A stretch of 62,440 nucleotides of DNA, the filler included, from an uncultured Methanosarcinales archaeon (lineage in GTDB: Archaea > Nanobdellota > Nanobdellia > Woesearchaeales > B54-G15): assembly GCA_964519225.1 (NCBI GenBank). It is 6 parts of 6 records of this genome, joined end to end, with 100 filler letters (N's around TTAATTAATTAA, not from the genome) between each part and the next. Parts side by side here need not be neighbours in the genome. Positions count along the whole stretch, not along the records: positions 55,846 to 62,440 come from CAZFJK010000030.1; 5 more parts are not named here. One strand, written 5' to 3'. The notes below the pieces were generated by a model. It saw nothing but the letters and a program-made list of their open reading frames with translations, had not been told where the DNA came from and made no database searches. Shown piece by piece: positions 59,030 through 62,440 of the stretch; positions within the stretch are counted from its first letter, which is position 1, and the number at the start of each line of letters is the position of its first letter. Made by a program: the position numbers and the translations under genes.

Positions 59030-60934
59030 CTATCTCACTCTTATTGCTTCTAAATTTCTTGGAGCTGTGGTTTCGAGTTTGTATGCTTTGTGGATAGAAG
59101 AAGCTAAGTCAAGGCATCTGACGCTTTCTCCATGTTGAACAATAACTTTTTTTGGTCTTGGCGTACAGCGATAAACATAGTTCATTAATTCGCGTCTATC
59201 AGAATGTGCTGTTATCTCAAGCTTAAGAACTTCCATTTTGATTTGAACAAGTTCTTGCTTTGTTCCATTCTTAAAGACAAATTCTCTCTCTCCTTGCTGG
59301 ATTCTTCTACCAAGAGAACCTTCACCTTGATAGCACGTGAAGATCAATGTGTTTTTAGGATTGTCGCATAAGTGCTTAAGGTATTCAACTGACGGACCTC
59401 CTACAAGCATACCACTAGTGGCTTGAATAACGCATGGGCCTTCTTCTTCGATAATTTTCATCCTTTCCTTTTTGCTGCCTACCCTTTTGAAAATGCTTGA
59501 CAAGAAAGGATTTTGATCGCGATGAAATATCAAACGCCTGATTGAGCTGTTTAGATATTCAGGATATGCTGTGTGTATTGCTGTAATATCCCAAACCATT
59601 CCATCGATATAAACAGGAATCGGCTCAAGTTCTTTTTTTCTTATGAGCTCTTCAATCATCAACATGACTTCTTGGCCTCTACCTGAACCAAGAACAGGCA
59701 TCAAAACCTTGCCATTGCGTTCTATTGTTCTTTTTATTGCTTCTGCAAGTTCTTTGTCGGCTTCTTTTTGCGGCGGCATTATATTTGTTTTTCCACCATA
59801 TGTGCTTTCAAGTATTAAAGTTTCACACCTAGGGAATTGCGTGTTTGCAGGATCAAGCAGTCGTGTTCTGCCAAATTTAAGATCACCTGTATAAACAATA
59901 TTGTGAAGGCCGTTTGCAATATGCAGATGAACTAATGAACTTCCTAGGATATGGCCTGCATTGTACAAAGTGATTCTAACGTCAGGTGTAATGTCAGTAA
60001 CTTCTTCATATTCAAGTGTTATTGTATGTTTAACCATTTCTTTAATCTCTTCTGATGTAAACAGCGGTTCTTTTCCTTCTGAACGCATGATCTTTACAAA
60101 ATCAAGAAGCAGTAATGTTCCTGTATCCCTTGTTGGTGCTGTCATATAAACAGGTCCTCTGTAACCGAATTTGAAAAGATACGGCACAAGGCCTATATGG
60201 TCAAGATGTGCATGCGACACAATAACAGCATCAAGTTCTTTTATACTGAATTCAGGTGCATCAAGAAAAGGATATGCTTCCTTGCTATCTGAGGGCAACG
60301 CTGTATTGATCCCGCAATCAAGGAGAACCCTGCTTTCTGGAGTTTGCAAAAACAAACAGCTTCTACCGACTTGTCTTGCTCCGCCGAGGAAGGTTATTCT
60401 GATCCATTCTTTTTTCTTTCCCCTTAGCCAGCCGTCGTAGATTCTATGGCCTACTCTATCTAAGAATTTTCTTCTGTATTCGCTTTCTTGATAAAGGACA
60501 GCTCTTATACTTTCGATTAGCTTGCTTCTTATTGCTGGAGATCTTCTTATTAGGGGTACCCAGAATGTCTTTTCTCTTATTTCTTTTAGAATCTCGCCTT
60601 GCTTTCCTATTGCCAATCCAGGTTTCTCAACTTCTATAATAACGCGGCTTCTTTGCGGGTCAAACAAAATATTAGTTATTCCTGCTTCGGATGGAATTAT
60701 TTTTTCTATTTTTTCTTTTGCTTTTTCTACTTCAAGTACTATGCTCGGGTCTGGTCTCAGTTCTATTCTTTTTTTGAATTCATCAACTATGGCTTTAATT
60801 ACGCCTTTGTTATCGATAAAGAAGTCTCTATCTGAGGTATAAAGTACTATATTCGCTCCTTCAAAACATGCTGTTGTTATTCTTGTTTCAGCTTGCGGAA
60901 TGCGTTTTAATATTTCTTTTAAAATATCTGTCAT
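59030..60934 (-). CDS. beta-CASP ribonuclease aCPSF1 (KH + metallo-beta-lactamase)
   Basis: KPGLAIGK, VGRSC, SHAHLDH, AGHILGS, ESTYG and HGE motifs; adjacent to psmB. Confidence 0.95.
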   Translation of the reverse strand: MTDILKEILKRIPQAETRITTACFEGANIVLYTSDRDFFIDNKGVIKAIVDEFKKRIELRPDPSIVLEVEKAKEKIEKIIPSEAGITNILFDPQRSRVIIEVEKPGLAIGKQGEILKEIREKTFWVPLIRRSPAIRSKLIESIRAVLYQESEYRRKFLDRVGHRIYDGWLRGKKKEWIRITFLGGARQVGRSCLFLQTPESRVLLDCGINTALPSDSKEAYPFLDAPEFSIKELDAVIVSHAHLDHIGLVPYLFKFGYRGPVYMTAPTRDTGTLLLLDFVKIMRSEGKEPLFTSEEIKEMVKHTITLEYEEVTDITPDVRITLYNAGHILGSSLVHLHIANGLHNIVYTGDLKFGRTRLLDPANTQFPRCETLILESTYGGKTNIMPPQKEADKELAEAIKRTIERNGKVLMPVLGSGRGQEVMLMIEELIRKKELEPIPVYIDGMVWDITAIHTAYPEYLNSSIRRLIFHRDQNPFLSSIFKRVGSKKERMKIIEEEGPCVIQATSGMLVGGPSVEYLKHLCDNPKNTLIFTCYQGEGSLGRRIQQGEREFVFKNGTKQELVQIKMEVLKLEITAHSDRRELMNYVYRCTPRPKKVIVQHGESVRCLDLASSIHKAYKLETTAPRNLEAIRVR

Positions 60935-60969
60935 TTTCTATCTTAATCGATTTCAGAAGATAACAGCTT

Positions 60970-61608
60970 TCAGCTTTTTTCAAGGTCAATTTTGATTTCT
61001 TTTGTAAGCACTTTTTTAACGCCTTTGTCTGTAATTGTATAAACATCGATTCCATTGCCGCTTGCTGAATCTCGCTGCAAAGCACTGTTGATTGATTTTA
61101 TGGCGAGTTTTATTGCGTCTTTAACAAGTATATCTTTTTTGTACGATGCTTCGAGCAATCCATAAACCAATTCTGAACCGCTGCCTGTCGAGACAAAGTC
61201 TTTTATTTCTGTAATGCTTCCGTCCGGGCTAACGTCGTACAGATGGAAACCTTCTACGTCAACGCCTGCAACGATGAATTGGCTTATTCCCGGAATCAGG
61301 CTTAGCTTTCTTATGTTTTCATAAACCAATCCTGCAAGTAAACTTGCCGCTTCTTTAACTAAAGGTTTTTTTCCTGTTCTAATTTCTTTGAGTTTTAGTT
61401 CTGCTCTGATTATCTTAACAAGCAGTTGAATGTCTGAAACTGTTCCTGCTGTTGTAACGGCTATTTCGTCTGTGATTTTGACTATCTTTTCTACTCTTTT
61501 TGCTGCAATGAAGTGGCCTGCTGTTGCTCTTTTGTCTGCCGCTAGGACAATGCCATCTTTGCATAGCAAGCCTAAAGTTGTAGTACCGGTTTTCAATTCT
61601 TTTTCCAT
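60970..61608 (-). CDS. psmB: Proteasome beta subunit
   Basis: KTG/TTT propeptide junction, AAD.RAT.G, TGSGS, RDSASG.G; SD GAGGTG. Confidence 0.96.
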   Translation of the reverse strand: MEKELKTGTTTLGLLCKDGIVLAADKRATAGHFIAAKRVEKIVKITDEIAVTTAGTVSDIQLLVKIIRAELKLKEIRTGKKPLVKEAASLLAGLVYENIRKLSLIPGISQFIVAGVDVEGFHLYDVSPDGSITEIKDFVSTGSGSELVYGLLEASYKKDILVKDAIKLAIKSINSALQRDSASGNGIDVYTITDKGVKKVLTKEIKIDLEKS

Positions 61609-61872
61609 CAACAACACCTCAGAATTCTTATGTTGAAGAAAATGGAAGAAATATATAAATATTTCGAAATTGAATTTTGGGTTTCCCAAAGGATATATTT
61701 GGATAAGAATCTTCTTTTTTAGGAAAAAAAGAAGCAAAAAAGATGAAACTAACATGTGCAATTTAATGAAGTCCTTGTTAGAAGATTTGGGCGGAGCTTT
61801 CTGCAGAGCTGTTAGTTTCCTTTTACGGAGTAAAAGTTCGAGCCGAAGCAAGAAAGTTTGAGAGCCTGTTTT

Positions 61873-62394
61873 TTATCCGATGTGTTCGGAAGGAACTAAT
61901 CTTTTAATAGTCTGTGCAAATCCAAATTCCAATAGCTCTTCTGTTAACATGTCAATATACTCATGTGGCATCAATAGTATCCAACTCCAATCCCACAAAC
62001 TCGTTATTACAACTCGTCTCAAGTAAGCTTCTATAATTTCATGTACTAATGTTTCATCTATATTATTCTGTGAACCTCCTACACCCACAACAACTTCTAA
62101 TCCGGATCCAGAACAATACCCCGCTCCAACTTTTAGTCGTTTAGAATACTTTATACGCAATCCTTCCTCAACCATTTTTTTTAAGAATTCATCAGAGAGG
62201 GCAGGCGCTCGTTCATGTAACTCGAATATTAAATTCTCTAGACTGGAATTAGAACCATAAGAACTCTTATACCTCTCTAAAGCACCGTATAGGATTCTCT
62301 GCTTAAAAAAAATGGGATCTAATGGAGGATTTGGATTAAACCCCTCTTCTTTTTTGAAGGTGAAACAATTAAATCTCTCAGATGCCCTTCCCAC
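61873..62394 (-). CDS. Hypothetical protein (HExxE-like motif), start uncertain
   Basis: ETLVHEIIEAY resembles a degenerate zincin motif. Confidence 0.45.
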   Translation of the reverse strand: MGRASERFNCFTFKKEEGFNPNPPLDPIFFKQRILYGALERYKSSYGSNSSLENLIFELHERAPALSDEFLKKMVEEGLRIKYSKRLKVGAGYCSGSGLEVVVGVGGSQNNIDETLVHEIIEAYLRRVVITSLWDWSWILLMPHEYIDMLTEELLEFGFAQTIKRLVPSEHIG

Positions 62395-62440
62395 TAATTC
62401 TTTTATATAGGTGGGATATCTACCAGTTCTACGTTGGTCC

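Overview
The window is a concatenation of about six contigs from a metagenome-assembled genome. They are joined by artificial 100-nt N/TTAATTAATTAA linkers (14084, 25520, 36719, 47379, 55746) plus one plain N gap (41541), so gene order across these joins is meaningless. Contigs 1, 2, 4 and 6 are clearly archaeal, with DPANN-like (Woesearchaeota-type) gene content: rpoL/N/D/P, aIF5B, aEF1B, Trm1, ftsZ-secE-spt5-L11, the S13-S4-S11-rpoD-tRNA-Leu-L18e-L13-S9 superoperon, aCPSF1-psmB and GluRS. They carry two intron-containing tRNAs, one with a non-canonical T-loop intron. Contigs 3 (25620-36718) and 5 (47479-55745) contain only mobile/defence genes plus bacterial-looking tRNA 3' halves and may be mis-binned bacterial DNA. 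Best candidates for new biology: (1) a translationally coupled PglZ / OLD nuclease / UvrD / DUF1156-type methylase operon, i.e. a Gabija-like pair nested in a BREX-related system; (2) a degenerate ~143-bp tandem array made of seven sigma70-like -35/18-nt/-10 promoter motifs in front of a restriction cluster; (3) a phased array of 19 x 11-bp direct repeats separated by three 13-bp palindromes (origin- or centromere-like); (4) a G-U-rich structured leader of the S13 operon; (5) an m4C methyltransferase split by one amber codon beside an intact restriction enzyme. All family calls come from motif recognition by eye; no database searches were run.
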